Origin: Savitreella phatthalungensis
Lineage: Eukaryota
NCBI GenBank assembly: GCA_051599415.1
Contig: AP039696.1
Span: 558,001 to 617,114, forward strand
Direction: 5' to 3'
DNA: 59,114 bases
The translations under genes and the position numbers were made by a program. This document shows positions 31,202-41,080 of the stretch, piece after piece. Numbering within the stretch: position 1 is the stretch's first letter; each line of letters starts with the position of its first letter. Below the pieces are notes generated by a model. It ran no database searches. It was not told the origin of the DNA and was given only the letters and a program-made list of their open reading frames with translations.

Positions 31202-32791
31202 CTATAGCTCTTGGTGCTGAGCTTGTAGCACATCGAATACGCGTTGCCAGGCTGATGGCTGCTGCTGGGCAGCCTCAAAAGCATTCGTAAAAAGTCGGGT
31301 CCAGATCAAGCGTGGCAAGGAGGTGTAGAGGAAGAACAGCTGTTGTAGCGCACCTGTAAAGAGTCTCACTTCGTGTATAAGACTGCCAGAAATGGAGCTC
31401 TGGCCTCCGAAGCCAGTGATCCTTAGGACTTTTTGCAGATGAGGTCTGAGCTTGTCGAGATGACGAGCTAGTGCAGATCTTGGGCGAGTGCTGGCCGCAT
31501 GGGGGTTGCGAGCCGACGGACTGATGACTTCCTCGGAGACAATAGCCGTATCATCGACTGATACAGGGTCATCGGCAATTGGATAGCCAAAAAGCTTCAA
31601 ACTCGCCAGACTGTGGCTCAAACGACCGTATGTGTTGAAGAGCGCGATCAACTCCTCCCGCGACAATCCAAGCTCGGCCTCACCAACAAGCACTTTGAGC
31701 GCTGCACCATATCCTGCAGTCTGAACCTTGCCCCATAAGCGACACTTGTCACAGCCGACGCAATCCATCAGCGACGAAATGTTTCGGAATCGATTTCGAA
31801 AGTCCTGCTTGAGATCTTCGTCACCGACAAACAACGGTCGCTCATCAAATCGGACTTCAGCAGCGCGCATTGCAACGGCCTTGACCTTTTCAGAAGTCAT
31901 TTTGTCAAGCTGTATGTCGCCTGCACAGTAATTGAAGTGACTTAGTGCCGGTTGAACCTTGCCAATGGCGCGTGACAACAATACATAATTGAAGAAGATG
32001 TTGTTGATGCGCTGTGGATAATCTCGCAGTCTCTGATCAAAGCAGGTCCCGTTCGGACTCCAAGCGCCGGACAGTGGGTTTAGATACTCTGCGCAGATAT
32101 GCATCGAGATACTGGCGTGCATACCGCTGACGATGCGGTAGAATAAACGCTTCTCGAGGCATTGAGTGTGTTCGCCCACCTGGAGAAGCTTAACATGTGC
32201 CTGACCAAGCGTGTTTTCCTCGGAGATTGACTGGCCCTTCTCAATATTGTCGCCACTGTGCGCGGCGAAGCAATTTTCTCTATAAATTGAACCCCAGATA
32301 GCGTGTGCATGGGAGCCGGCATAACCAGTATAGCGCTCTGGATTGTCTGTGAGGCTGACGTAGACGCAGTCGCCCTTGCCATCGTCCTCAGGCAAGCAGA
32401 ATTGAGATGCTATGTTCGCATCCTGCACGCACGTATCCCCTCCACTGCTAGTTGCTGTCTGAAGCGGGAGGTCTGACGCAGCGGTGCCACTTGGGCCTCG
32501 GAGCTTCCCGAGCTCGCTCGCTCGCCAGACCTCGGGCACGTCCTCATCCTCTAACAGGTCGACAGCGCAAGCCCTATTACCGCAGAATGCACCGGCCTCA
32601 TTGAAGTAGGGACATTCTCGCGAGAAGAGATTGACTCGATAGTACTTGAAGAAGTCCGTAGACTGAAACAGGTCAGCCAGCAGGGGCGTTATGGCATCCA
32701 CATGCCTCGAGATATACCCTGTTGTCGAGTCTGTATCTGCTATCAGAACGGCCGTCGCATGAGCTATCCATAGCAAGGCTCGCAAGCGCAT
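31202..32791 (-). CDS. ERO1: ER oxidoreductin 1
   Basis: Signal peptide, FFKYYRVNL..ECPY, CGNRACAV, NPERYTGY, IYRENCF, SGMHASIS, active-site MDCVGCDKCRLWGK, C-terminal HQEL retrieval-like motif. Confidence 0.96.
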   Translation of the reverse strand: MRLRALLWIAHATAVLIADTDSTTGYISRHVDAITPLLADLFQSTDFFKYYRVNLFSRECPYFNEAGAFCGNRACAVDLLEDEDVPEVWRASELGKLRGPSGTAASDLPLQTATSSGGDTCVQDANIASQFCLPEDDGKGDCVYVSLTDNPERYTGYAGSHAHAIWGSIYRENCFAAHSGDNIEKGQSISEENTLGQAHVKLLQVGEHTQCLEKRLFYRIVSGMHASISMHICAEYLNPLSGAWSPNGTCFDQRLRDYPQRINNIFFNYVLLSRAIGKVQPALSHFNYCAGDIQLDKMTSEKVKAVAMRAAEVRFDERPLFVGDEDLKQDFRNRFRNISSLMDCVGCDKCRLWGKVQTAGYGAALKVLVGEAELGLSREELIALFNTYGRLSHSLASLKLFGYPIADDPVSVDDTAIVSEEVISPSARNPHAASTRPRSALARHLDKLRPHLQKVLRITGFGGQSSISGSLIHEVRLFTGALQQLFFLYTSLPRLIWTRLFTNAFEAAQQQPSAWQRVFDVLQAQHQEL

Positions 32792-32925
32792 GCTGTGGAG
32801 ACTCAAAAGTATGGACACGCGTCATGAAATCTTGCTATGCCAATAATCTAGTACGTGTAAGAAAACCTGATTCGGATCGTAATCGTAAAGTCGGAAAGGC
32901 CGATTGTTCTTTCATCACCTCGATG

Positions 32926-33696
32926 TCACGCGGTTTGAACGAGGTCTTTAGTAGATGACACTAGACGTTCAGCGAGCCTGGAAAAGGCTGAGCGTTCCGC
33001 CGTTGAGAGTTCGCCGCTGCTGGCCCATCTGACCTTGCCGTCCATGTCGACGAGATAGCTGTATCCCACATAGGCGTTGACGGCACCAACCTGTCGCAGC
33101 ATACGCTCCCAGCCGCGCTCAAGAATCATGTATCGACCGTGTCTTTCTTCGGCAACGAGCTTGCGAACCCTACCAATGAATGCCAGAAGCAGAGCGTGCT
33201 TCAGCAAGTTTGATTGTACATTCAGATCCACCTTTTGTAGACCTGGAACGTCGTCACCAAGCCCGTGAACATGCGCTTCGCCTGACGTCGCTGAGTACAC
33301 TCGCACTATCGAAGGACCGTGGGCAAGCAGCGGATAGAGCTCTTGCTCTTCGCAGACCAGTGTTCGACCATAGACATTGGGGAAATACATCGCCTTTTCG
33401 GCACGGAACAGATGCTGCGGGGCTGTCCAACCTTTGCCCCCGTTGTGCCTCATGGAATGAAAGTCTTGCCAATAAGAGCCGGACTCTTCTGCGATGATCT
33501 TACGATACTGACCCGGTGTGCTCAACAATTCCTTCGCCTGCTCGAGAAAGGTCTGTAGCCGCTCAGGCTTTCCAGGTCGCTGGGCGAAGCCTATTGGCCG
33601 TGCCAGGGCTGGTGGAATACCATCCAGCGCTTCTGTCTGCGTTGAGAGATGTCGTAGAGGCCTGAGCACGATTCTGGCTTTCCTTGATGCCTGCAT
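32926..33696 (-). CDS. ATP10: Mitochondrial ATPase assembly factor Atp10
   Basis: LARPIG, YWQDF, LFRAEKAMYFPNVYGRTL, NAYVGYSYLVDMDGKVRWASSG. Confidence 0.9.
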   Translation of the reverse strand: MQASRKARIVLRPLRHLSTQTEALDGIPPALARPIGFAQRPGKPERLQTFLEQAKELLSTPGQYRKIIAEESGSYWQDFHSMRHNGGKGWTAPQHLFRAEKAMYFPNVYGRTLVCEEQELYPLLAHGPSIVRVYSATSGEAHVHGLGDDVPGLQKVDLNVQSNLLKHALLLAFIGRVRKLVAEERHGRYMILERGWERMLRQVGAVNAYVGYSYLVDMDGKVRWASSGELSTAERSAFSRLAERLVSSTKDLVQTA

Positions 33697-33749
33697 GTCG
33701 TGACAATTATTTTTGTAGCGTCGTTGTGCTCACTTCTAGAGCTTGACAA

Positions 33750-34271
33750 ATGACGCATCAGCGCCCGATCGTCTTCCTCGACATCAGCATAGGCGGCGTG
33801 CCACAAGGCCGTCTGAAGATTCAACTGTATTCGGACATCGCGCCGAAGACGGCAGAGAACTTCAGGCAATTCTGCACTGGGGAGCATCGCACAGCCAGCG
33901 GGCCCATTGGCTACAAAGGATGCCGCTTTCATCGCATCATACGCGGCTTCTGCTGCCAAGGCGGGGACTTTGTGAAGGGGGACGGGACCGGCTCGACGAG
34001 CGTGTACGGCAGGACGACATTCCCCGACGAAAACTTCATTGTCAAGCACGACAAACCGTTCCTCCTGAGCATGGCAAACAGTGGAAAGGACAGCAATGGT
34101 TGCCAATTCTTCGTGACCACGGCTCCAGCCGCGTTCCTCGACGGCAAACACGTGGTCTTCGGCGAACTGATCGAGGGTCAGGGAGTCGTGCAGGTGATGG
34201 AGAGAGTCCGAACAGACGACAACGACAAGCCAGCCATGGCGATCGAAATGATCGAATGCGGCGAGATGTAA
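33750..34271 (+). CDS. Peptidyl-prolyl isomerase, cyclophilin H type (U4/U6 snRNP-associated)
   Basis: PKTAENFRQFCTGEHR..PIGYKGCRFHRII, QGGDF, LLSMANSGKDSNGCQFFVT, LDGKHVVFG; C-terminal ECGEM typical of CypH. Confidence 0.95.
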   Translation: MTHQRPIVFLDISIGGVPQGRLKIQLYSDIAPKTAENFRQFCTGEHRTASGPIGYKGCRFHRIIRGFCCQGGDFVKGDGTGSTSVYGRTTFPDENFIVKHDKPFLLSMANSGKDSNGCQFFVTTAPAAFLDGKHVVFGELIEGQGVVQVMERVRTDDNDKPAMAIEMIECGEM

Positions 34272-35134
34272 ATCAATGGCCCGAGCAGATCTGGCACGTC
34301 CGCCTCTTGAAGTGCACTGAGGCTTTTGGCCGATTATCGATTGTATACACTGTGACCACGGATCTGGGTGACACTACGTGCCCCGACGACCTGACGCTCG
34401 AACTAACTTCCGACGACCACACAGACACGCTTGAATGGCGTGGTCTTCAGTTGGTGCAGAAGACTTCTCTGCCACTGAGCCGGTCATTCAGTCTCGGACC
34501 TCCCAACGCCCTGCACGAACCCGGAAGCTTGAAGGTCTTGGGCGTCCATGCCGTTGTCGATGAGAAGATTAGGCAAGTTCGCAAGCTCGGACCGGTCGAG
34601 ATCGAGGAACAATTGGGAGAGTCGATCGAGGCTCATGTTTGGGACGGAGGCCTCTGTCTCGCTTCCGCGATCGCAAGCGGAGAGCTATCATTGTCTCATC
34701 TCAGAAATGTACTTGAACTCGGGTCCGGAACAGGCCTCGTAGGGCTGACACTGGCCACGACTTGCGACTGCCGGGTCACCTTGTCGGACCTGCCGAGCGC
34801 GGGGAAATGGATCAGCCAAAACATCTCTCGCAATGGTATTGAGAACGCATCGTTCCTGACTTTAGATTGGGCAAGTCTCAGCCCTGCTCCGGAGACCTAC
34901 GATGCAATCATCATGGCTGATGTTACGTATAACGAGGACTCGCACGCTGTCCTGCTCGCAACGTTGGAAAAGCTAATGACACTAAAAACCAACCTCATCT
35001 TTGCCTCCAAGCTGCGTCATGAGGCCGAACTACCGTTCATCGACATGCTCAAGCACAGATACGAAGTACTGCTGGAACGGCGCGTTGGCAAGGTCGACAT
35101 TCTCGTAATGTCTTCTATGCAACACAGTGGTTGA
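34256..35134 (+). CDS. Class I SAM-dependent protein lysine methyltransferase (METTL21/Methyltransf_16 family)
   Basis: IEEQLGESIEAHVWDGG, VLELGSGTGLVG, LSDLP, LDW, IIMADVTYN. The nearest in-frame ATG (34256) lies inside the cyclophilin CDS. Confidence 0.85.
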   Translation: MRRDVNQWPEQIWHVRLLKCTEAFGRLSIVYTVTTDLGDTTCPDDLTLELTSDDHTDTLEWRGLQLVQKTSLPLSRSFSLGPPNALHEPGSLKVLGVHAVVDEKIRQVRKLGPVEIEEQLGESIEAHVWDGGLCLASAIASGELSLSHLRNVLELGSGTGLVGLTLATTCDCRVTLSDLPSAGKWISQNISRNGIENASFLTLDWASLSPAPETYDAIIMADVTYNEDSHAVLLATLEKLMTLKTNLIFASKLRHEAELPFIDMLKHRYEVLLERRVGKVDILVMSSMQHSG

Positions 35135-36419
35135 CCCAACGGGGAAAAGCAGCAATCTCGCGAACGTTGGTAATGCCAACAAGGTAGCCAACTAGACGTT
35201 CGAAGCCAATGCCGAAGCCGCCATGACTGCACGAACCGAATCTGCGGAGGTCGAGATACCAAGACATCGCGTGCCGATCAATGCCGGCAGCCTCCATGCG
35301 TCGCTCTAAACTGTCCAGACTCCATTCGCGTAAAGAGCCGCCGCAGAGCTCACCCATGTCCGGCACGAGAAGATCGAAGCACTCGGCGGTGGCACCGTCG
35401 CTCGCCATGTAAAAAGGCTTCTGCTCGACAGGATAATGTGTAATGAAAACAGGTGACTTTGAACGGGCAGCGAGCCACAGCTCGTGCTCAGTTTGTAAAC
35501 CTTGCTGAGGATCAAACTGGAAGGGCACGCCGGATTCAATGAGCTGCTGAACCGCGGTCGTATACGCCACGCGAGGCCACTCAGCCATGATGCCTGACCA
35601 GCGTGCCTCAAGATCGAGCGCCGCATCGATGTTCTGTGCATGGCTGGCTCGGATAACTTCGATGTCCTTCTGGCCCTTACATTTCTGCGCAAGGTGCTTG
35701 ACGAGTCCTTCCACGACATCCATCACGTCATCCAATCGGCTAGTGAATGATAGCTCAGCCTCAATCATACGAAATTCGGCTAAGTGTCGTGCAGTCGTGC
35801 TCTTCTCCGCCCTGAAAGTAGGTGACAGCGTCCAGACACGACCCAGTCCAGCCGCCAGACTTTCTAGATGCAGCTGCGTTGATACCGCCAATCCGACAGG
35901 CTTTCGGAACAAGTCAGTACGCAACTCGAAGGTTTCGCCTGCGCCCTCGCAGTCAGACGCAGTCAAGATTGGTGGCAAGGTTTGGAAAAATTCCCGTTCT
36001 GCGAAGAATGTCGTCATCTGACCAAGTAAGTGCGATTGAAGGCGCAAAATGGCAGCCGCAGTCGGAGTACGTGGACGGAGATGTGCTAGGGTACGAAGAT
36101 GCTCCGCAGATGTCGCTTTCTTTTGCAGAGGGAGACCCTCCGCCCCGCCGATCACGCGAACGTCGTCAGCATGCAACTCGTATGTTTGTGTTCCCTTGGT
36201 GCTTCTTGTCAATCGCCCATGGACCTCCACCGCACTGCCGTAGCTCAGATTGTGTGGAGGTATGCCTTTGATGACCGCCTGCAGACTCTCCCCCTGCGAG
36301 CCATCATTCAATACCGCAAACGTGACATTCTTGGTTTTTCGAACCGATCGGAGCCATCCCCTCACTCGCACTTGGCCTGCGACAGGCGCAGTGAGTAGGC
36401 TTCGTATAGTGGGGAGCAT
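35115..36419 (-). CDS. SLM5: Asparaginyl-tRNA synthetase, mitochondrial type
   Basis: OB fold VRGWLRSVRK, PILTASDCEGAGETF, VSTQLHLE, FRAEKSTTARHLAEFRMIEAE, ELCGGSLRE, HGGFGIGFERL. Confidence 0.93.
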   Translation of the reverse strand: MLPTIRSLLTAPVAGQVRVRGWLRSVRKTKNVTFAVLNDGSQGESLQAVIKGIPPHNLSYGSAVEVHGRLTRSTKGTQTYELHADDVRVIGGAEGLPLQKKATSAEHLRTLAHLRPRTPTAAAILRLQSHLLGQMTTFFAEREFFQTLPPILTASDCEGAGETFELRTDLFRKPVGLAVSTQLHLESLAAGLGRVWTLSPTFRAEKSTTARHLAEFRMIEAELSFTSRLDDVMDVVEGLVKHLAQKCKGQKDIEVIRASHAQNIDAALDLEARWSGIMAEWPRVAYTTAVQQLIESGVPFQFDPQQGLQTEHELWLAARSKSPVFITHYPVEQKPFYMASDGATAECFDLLVPDMGELCGGSLREWSLDSLERRMEAAGIDRHAMSWYLDLRRFGSCSHGGFGIGFERLVGYLVGITNVREIAAFPRWVNHCVA

Positions 36420-36559
36420 CTTGGCATCGCTTTGTCTTTCTGTGCCTCGTGCGAAATTGATCGCGGGCTATGCCGGAGTGTGATTAGTGTGATTAGGTCA
36501 CCGATGCGGCAATACAAGACAACGCGCATATTAAACGACAGCGAGTTGGACAGAGCAAT

Positions 36560-37903
36560 ATGTTGCGTCAAGCCCTTCGCGCACCACTGTTACGCGCGTC
36601 GCAGCTCCAGACAGGCTTGCGTTGCGCTTCGACGACAACACCGAAGCGCGCAGCTGCGATTCAGGACTATGCAACCACGATCACTGAAGCCTCCCCGGAG
36701 AGCTTCCACGGACCACAGGGTCCGGACGGCGACCCAAAGATGCGTTACTTTACGGTCAATTTCGGACCACAGCATCCAGCAGCTCACGGGGTGCTCCGAC
36801 TGATTCTGGAGTTGGACGGAGAGGAGGTCAAGCGCGCCGATCCGCACGTCGGCCTGCTACATCGGGGCACTGAGAAGCTCATCGAGTACAAGACGTATCT
36901 ACAGGCACTGCCGTACTTCGATCGTCTCGACTACGTCTCGATGATGACAAACGAGCAATGTTTCTCGCTCGCCGTCGAAAAGCTACTCAATGTCGAAGTA
37001 CCGGAGCGGGCTAAATACATCCGAACTATGTTCGCCGAGATCACTCGTGTTCTCAACCACCTGATGGCCGTTCTGACCCACGCAATGGACGTCGGCGCCT
37101 TGACTCCATTCTTGTGGGGCTTCGAAGAGCGCGAGAAGTTGATGGAATTTTACGAGCGAGTCTCCGGTGCGCGTTTGCATGCTGCATATGTGCGTCCTGG
37201 CGGCGTCTCGCAGGACTTGCCCGTTGGCCTCCTCGAGGACATCTATGCATGGGCCACGCAGTTTGGCGACCGCGTCGATGAATTTGAGGAGCTCCTGACG
37301 AACAACCGAATTTGGAAGATGCGCACCCAGGGCGTCGGGGTCGTCTCTGCGGAAGCCGCTTTGAACTACTCTTTCTCGGGCGTCATGCTCCGTGGATCCG
37401 GCATTCCTTGGGATGTGCGCAAGACTCAGCCCTACGATGCTTATGCCGACATGGAGTTCGACATTCCGGTAGGACAGAACGGTGATTGTTATGACCGCTA
37501 CTTGTGCCGCATCGAGGAATTCCGTCAATCCCTGAGAATTATCCACCAGTGTCTCAACAAAATGCCTGCCGGCCCTGTCAAGGTCGAAGACTTCAAAATC
37601 TCACCGCCACCGCGAGCCCAGATGAAGGAATCGATGGAGGCCCTCATTCACCACTTCCAGCTGTACACGAAGGGCTACGCTGTGCCTCCAGGAGAGACTT
37701 ACTCGGCTATCGAAGCACCAAAGGGTGAGATGGGAGTTTATGTCGTCTCCGATGGCTCAGAGCGTCCGTACCGCTGCAAGATCAGAGCGCCTGGCTTCGC
37801 GCATCTGGCGGGCGCGGACATGATTTCGCGTGATCACTATCTGCCGGACGTCGTCGCTATCATTGGCACTATGGACCTCGTATTTGGCGAGGTCGACCGT
37901 TGA
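36560..37903 (+). CDS. NDUFS2: NADH:ubiquinone oxidoreductase 49 kDa subunit (NDUFS2/NuoD), nuclear-encoded
   Basis: Presequence, [41 protein letters not shown], terminal DLVFGEVDR. Confidence 0.98.
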   Translation: MLRQALRAPLLRASQLQTGLRCASTTTPKRAAAIQDYATTITEASPESFHGPQGPDGDPKMRYFTVNFGPQHPAAHGVLRLILELDGEEVKRADPHVGLLHRGTEKLIEYKTYLQALPYFDRLDYVSMMTNEQCFSLAVEKLLNVEVPERAKYIRTMFAEITRVLNHLMAVLTHAMDVGALTPFLWGFEEREKLMEFYERVSGARLHAAYVRPGGVSQDLPVGLLEDIYAWATQFGDRVDEFEELLTNNRIWKMRTQGVGVVSAEAALNYSFSGVMLRGSGIPWDVRKTQPYDAYADMEFDIPVGQNGDCYDRYLCRIEEFRQSLRIIHQCLNKMPAGPVKVEDFKISPPPRAQMKESMEALIHHFQLYTKGYAVPPGETYSAIEAPKGEMGVYVVSDGSERPYRCKIRAPGFAHLAGADMISRDHYLPDVVAIIGTMDLVFGEVDR

Positions 37904-37945
37904 CATCTAGGTCTCATCGTTCGTAATACAAATTGTTGCTCATTT

Positions 37946-40900
37946 CTATGCTATTCGCAATCGTATCTTGAGGCGATCCTGCCGTTGGAATGCTGAGAGC
38001 GGATACTCTTTCTTGATGACCATCCGCAAGGACTGCTGAGCCTCTGTGTTGGGAGAAGTCCGGCGGCAGACTGTGCGAGCCCTCATGGAGGGCAGCCGAA
38101 ATCGCAGAATTTGCCTTGGACGCGAGGTATAGAGTAGCTTGCAAACATCTAGCAAACGACGACGCACCATCGGGTCCAGCACGGTCGAGTTGCACGCCCG
38201 CCACAGGCCCCGATGAATATCGTGAGGAGGGTGTTCTCCGCCGAATTCCTCGCGCAGCCGCTGTATCGCCCCTGCCAGCGATGCCCTTGACTCGCGGTCG
38301 CGACGATCGTCGAGCGCGCTGACAGTGTCCTCTTCGACGACGAATACGTCGTCCTCATCGGTCCAGCGTTTGGGCTTAATGTGGGCCGGCCGCATAGCCA
38401 TTGCGCCGATCCCAAGCTCGATGGCAATTCCAAGCTGACGACGCATCGCGGCCGATGGATCGTTCAGAAGGGCAAAGAACAGTAACCGTGCGAGCGGTTC
38501 ATGTCGAAGCGCGCCAAGCACGAGCATACTCCTGTAGGCTTGAATTCGAACCTCGAATGGTCGTGATTCGGCGATAGCTTGCATGTACGGCTCATAATCA
38601 AGCTCTTGCAGACCGGCAGACATCAGCATCTCGTGTACTTGTAATGTAGCGACCGTGATGCGGTGGCGAAAGGTGGGCCGCCAACTATCCATACGCTCGT
38701 GGCGCCGGATTTGTTCTAAAGCCTGGCCGAGGTCAGACTTCGTGGTCTCGGTGTCGCACAGCGCCCTTCCCGTGCAGAAGATCAGATGAGCCAGGTACGC
38801 GCTGCCATCGACAGGATTTAGGGAATCATCGTAGTGCGTCAGCTGCTGCAGAAGAACGTCTCGGCCTTTGACGTCTGCGATGGCGGAGACAAGGGCAGTT
38901 CGGACAAAATACTCAGGTGCGTTAACGAAATTGTTCTCTCGGGGAACGTGATTGTCGTAGCAATATCGACGAGAGAATACTGACCAGAGGTGAGCGACGC
39001 CTGCCTCACGTGAACAGCGGGCAAGACCCCGCGCAGCCATCTGCCTGATTCCAAAATAGTATCGATCGTCCATCAGGGTGCGGTAAAGTATTGCAGAAAT
39101 CCGAGGCGATGGCTTCATATTGCAGAAATGCTCCACTGCTTCGTACTGCCCGACGACATCGCCCTCTCGAGCGAGTTGAGCTGCGTACATCTCCTCCCGC
39201 TGGCCGACCGACATCTTGCAGAGCCACTCGACATCGGCGTCTACGCGTAGCCACTCCACCATATCATCCTCTTCCGAATCTTCAAGCTGTGCAGGCATAG
39301 GGTCGTCAATGTCTTGACCGAGCCGTAAGATGTCGGGCTTCCCTCGGCGTGACTTAGCATCGTATGGTATGTCTACCTTTGTGAACTGCTCCTTGACATC
39401 GACAATATGTTCATGTGGCGTGCCGTCCGGTTCATATATCCGAATAGTCATTGGGCCTGTGAAAACAAGCTCAGTCTGAGCGACAGGATCCTTCGTAAGA
39501 TATCGAGCGGCATCATGAACGAACAGATCTTCGCTCATTGGCGGCCTGGACAATTCGCTGAATTGACCCTGACGGATGCCCAGCTCGAGCGTCGACTTCC
39601 GCTTGTTGAGGCGCTGGACGACAGCAAATTTTGGATAGCCGTTTCCGTAGATCCATTGCCGACTAAAATCATCCAGTTTAATGTGCGCCGCCTTCTCGCA
39701 TTGACGCAGAAAGTAGGCAGTAGTGATGAGGCCATTAGCGAGCTCGCCAGACATAGTTTGAAGGAAGATCTTTGGCACAACACGGGCCAAGCCGAGTGAA
39801 TTGCCACCTTTCGTCATCCGTCGGTCTAGCATATGCATGACGACGCCAGATTTGAGTCCGACGAAGTCAAGCCTGTCAGGATCCAGCGGTAGCGCCATGG
39901 CGTCGCTGCTGCAGATACCTGGATAGCCAATGTCGCGTCGTACGACCTCCATCATGGCGGTCTTGAGCCGAAATCGACGATCGTTCACACCAAAGAGCTT
40001 GCGGAGGAATAAGTCTGTCATGTGATATGCCAGACCGACGGTGACCCAGCGGTCCTGCCACTCCCGTGGTAGCATGCTGATCCCTGCCCACTGGCTTGCA
40101 AGTAAGAAGGTTAGCTGACGAATGAGTGGATACGGATCAATCTGCCGCTCATCGAGTAGAAGCCTGTCGCTTACGAACGTGCACGACGCTAGATTGATCG
40201 AGTCGCTCGCCATATCCGGGAGCACTACGAGGCGATACGCAGTATAAGGATAGCTGCCGTGCTCCTTGACGAAATGATCGACCACCTTGTATAGGAAGGA
40301 TGTGCTCGCCCGGACATTGACAGCATCGACGGCAAGGTGATGAACAAAGATGTCTACAGCATTAGAACCCATCGCGTCATCCTCGTCGGACTCTCGCAGG
40401 TCTGAAAGAGCTGTGGTCTTGAATTTGCCGATTGCAAAGCCGATGTGCGCGGCACCTGTCGCACTCATCTGGCTGAACGAGTGGACTCGCGCTCGCCCAT
40501 CGAGGCGCTCTTCCATCAGATCGCCAGAGCAGAAGACGTTGAGGTCGCTTCGAGTCCTGATGGACATTTCCCACGTGCATCGCTCCCAGAAGCCATCTAG
40601 ACAAGGCAGCCAGCCGCCAAGTCCGTGTGGCAGCGGCTCATTGACGGTGTAGGCATAGTCCTCAGCCCACTGGAAGGAGAGCTGCGGTGAACATGAGAAC
40701 CATATCTTGACAACGACAGTGCTCCAGCTGCCATCCGCTGCATCGCGTGTACACTGGATCGTTTTCGGGAACTTGATGTTGAGGTCGCAATTAGAGATTG
40801 TCCTATTGAGACCGGATAGCTTGTGATGTAAGGTGCTGTGCTGATGGAAGGTGCCGTCATCGAGCTTGAGCTTTAAAGGTACATGCTGCCACTCACATTC

Positions 40901-41080
40901 CTGACCATTCACCTCGCACCGCTGCACCTGCGATTCGATCAAATGAAAAGCCGCGCTGTCAATTGTCTCCGCCAGTGGGGTCAACGAGATCTCAGTCCAT
41001 CCTTGCAGCCTGCGATTGGCAAAGTCGACGTCGGCAAACACTCGCTGATGAGTCAGAGTGAAGTGCGAAGCGTCAAACAT
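37946..41080 (-). CDS. TAF2: TFIID subunit Taf2 (M1-aminopeptidase-like fold)
   Basis: HQRVFADVDF..LQGWTEI, WLPCLDGFWERCTWE, HIGFAIG, QWAGI, QWIYGNGYP, FTGPMTIRIYEPDGTPHEH, EWLRVDADVEW, DVVGQYEA. Confidence 0.95.
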   Translation of the reverse strand: MFDASHFTLTHQRVFADVDFANRRLQGWTEISLTPLAETIDSAAFHLIESQVQRCEVNGQECEWQHVPLKLKLDDGTFHQHSTLHHKLSGLNRTISNCDLNIKFPKTIQCTRDAADGSWSTVVVKIWFSCSPQLSFQWAEDYAYTVNEPLPHGLGGWLPCLDGFWERCTWEMSIRTRSDLNVFCSGDLMEERLDGRARVHSFSQMSATGAAHIGFAIGKFKTTALSDLRESDEDDAMGSNAVDIFVHHLAVDAVNVRASTSFLYKVVDHFVKEHGSYPYTAYRLVVLPDMASDSINLASCTFVSDRLLLDERQIDPYPLIRQLTFLLASQWAGISMLPREWQDRWVTVGLAYHMTDLFLRKLFGVNDRRFRLKTAMMEVVRRDIGYPGICSSDAMALPLDPDRLDFVGLKSGVVMHMLDRRMTKGGNSLGLARVVPKIFLQTMSGELANGLITTAYFLRQCEKAAHIKLDDFSRQWIYGNGYPKFAVVQRLNKRKSTLELGIRQGQFSELSRPPMSEDLFVHDAARYLTKDPVAQTELVFTGPMTIRIYEPDGTPHEHIVDVKEQFTKVDIPYDAKSRRGKPDILRLGQDIDDPMPAQLEDSEEDDMVEWLRVDADVEWLCKMSVGQREEMYAAQLAREGDVVGQYEAVEHFCNMKPSPRISAILYRTLMDDRYYFGIRQMAARGLARCSREAGVAHLWSVFSRRYCYDNHVPRENNFVNAPEYFVRTALVSAIADVKGRDVLLQQLTHYDDSLNPVDGSAYLAHLIFCTGRALCDTETTKSDLGQALEQIRRHERMDSWRPTFRHRITVATLQVHEMLMSAGLQELDYEPYMQAIAESRPFEVRIQAYRSMLVLGALRHEPLARLLFFALLNDPSAAMRRQLGIAIELGIGAMAMRPAHIKPKRWTDEDDVFVVEEDTVSALDDRRDRESRASLAGAIQRLREEFGGEHPPHDIHRGLWRACNSTVLDPMVRRRLLDVCKLLYTSRPRQILRFRLPSMRARTVCRRTSPNTEAQQSLRMVIKKEYPLSAFQRQDRLKIRLRIA

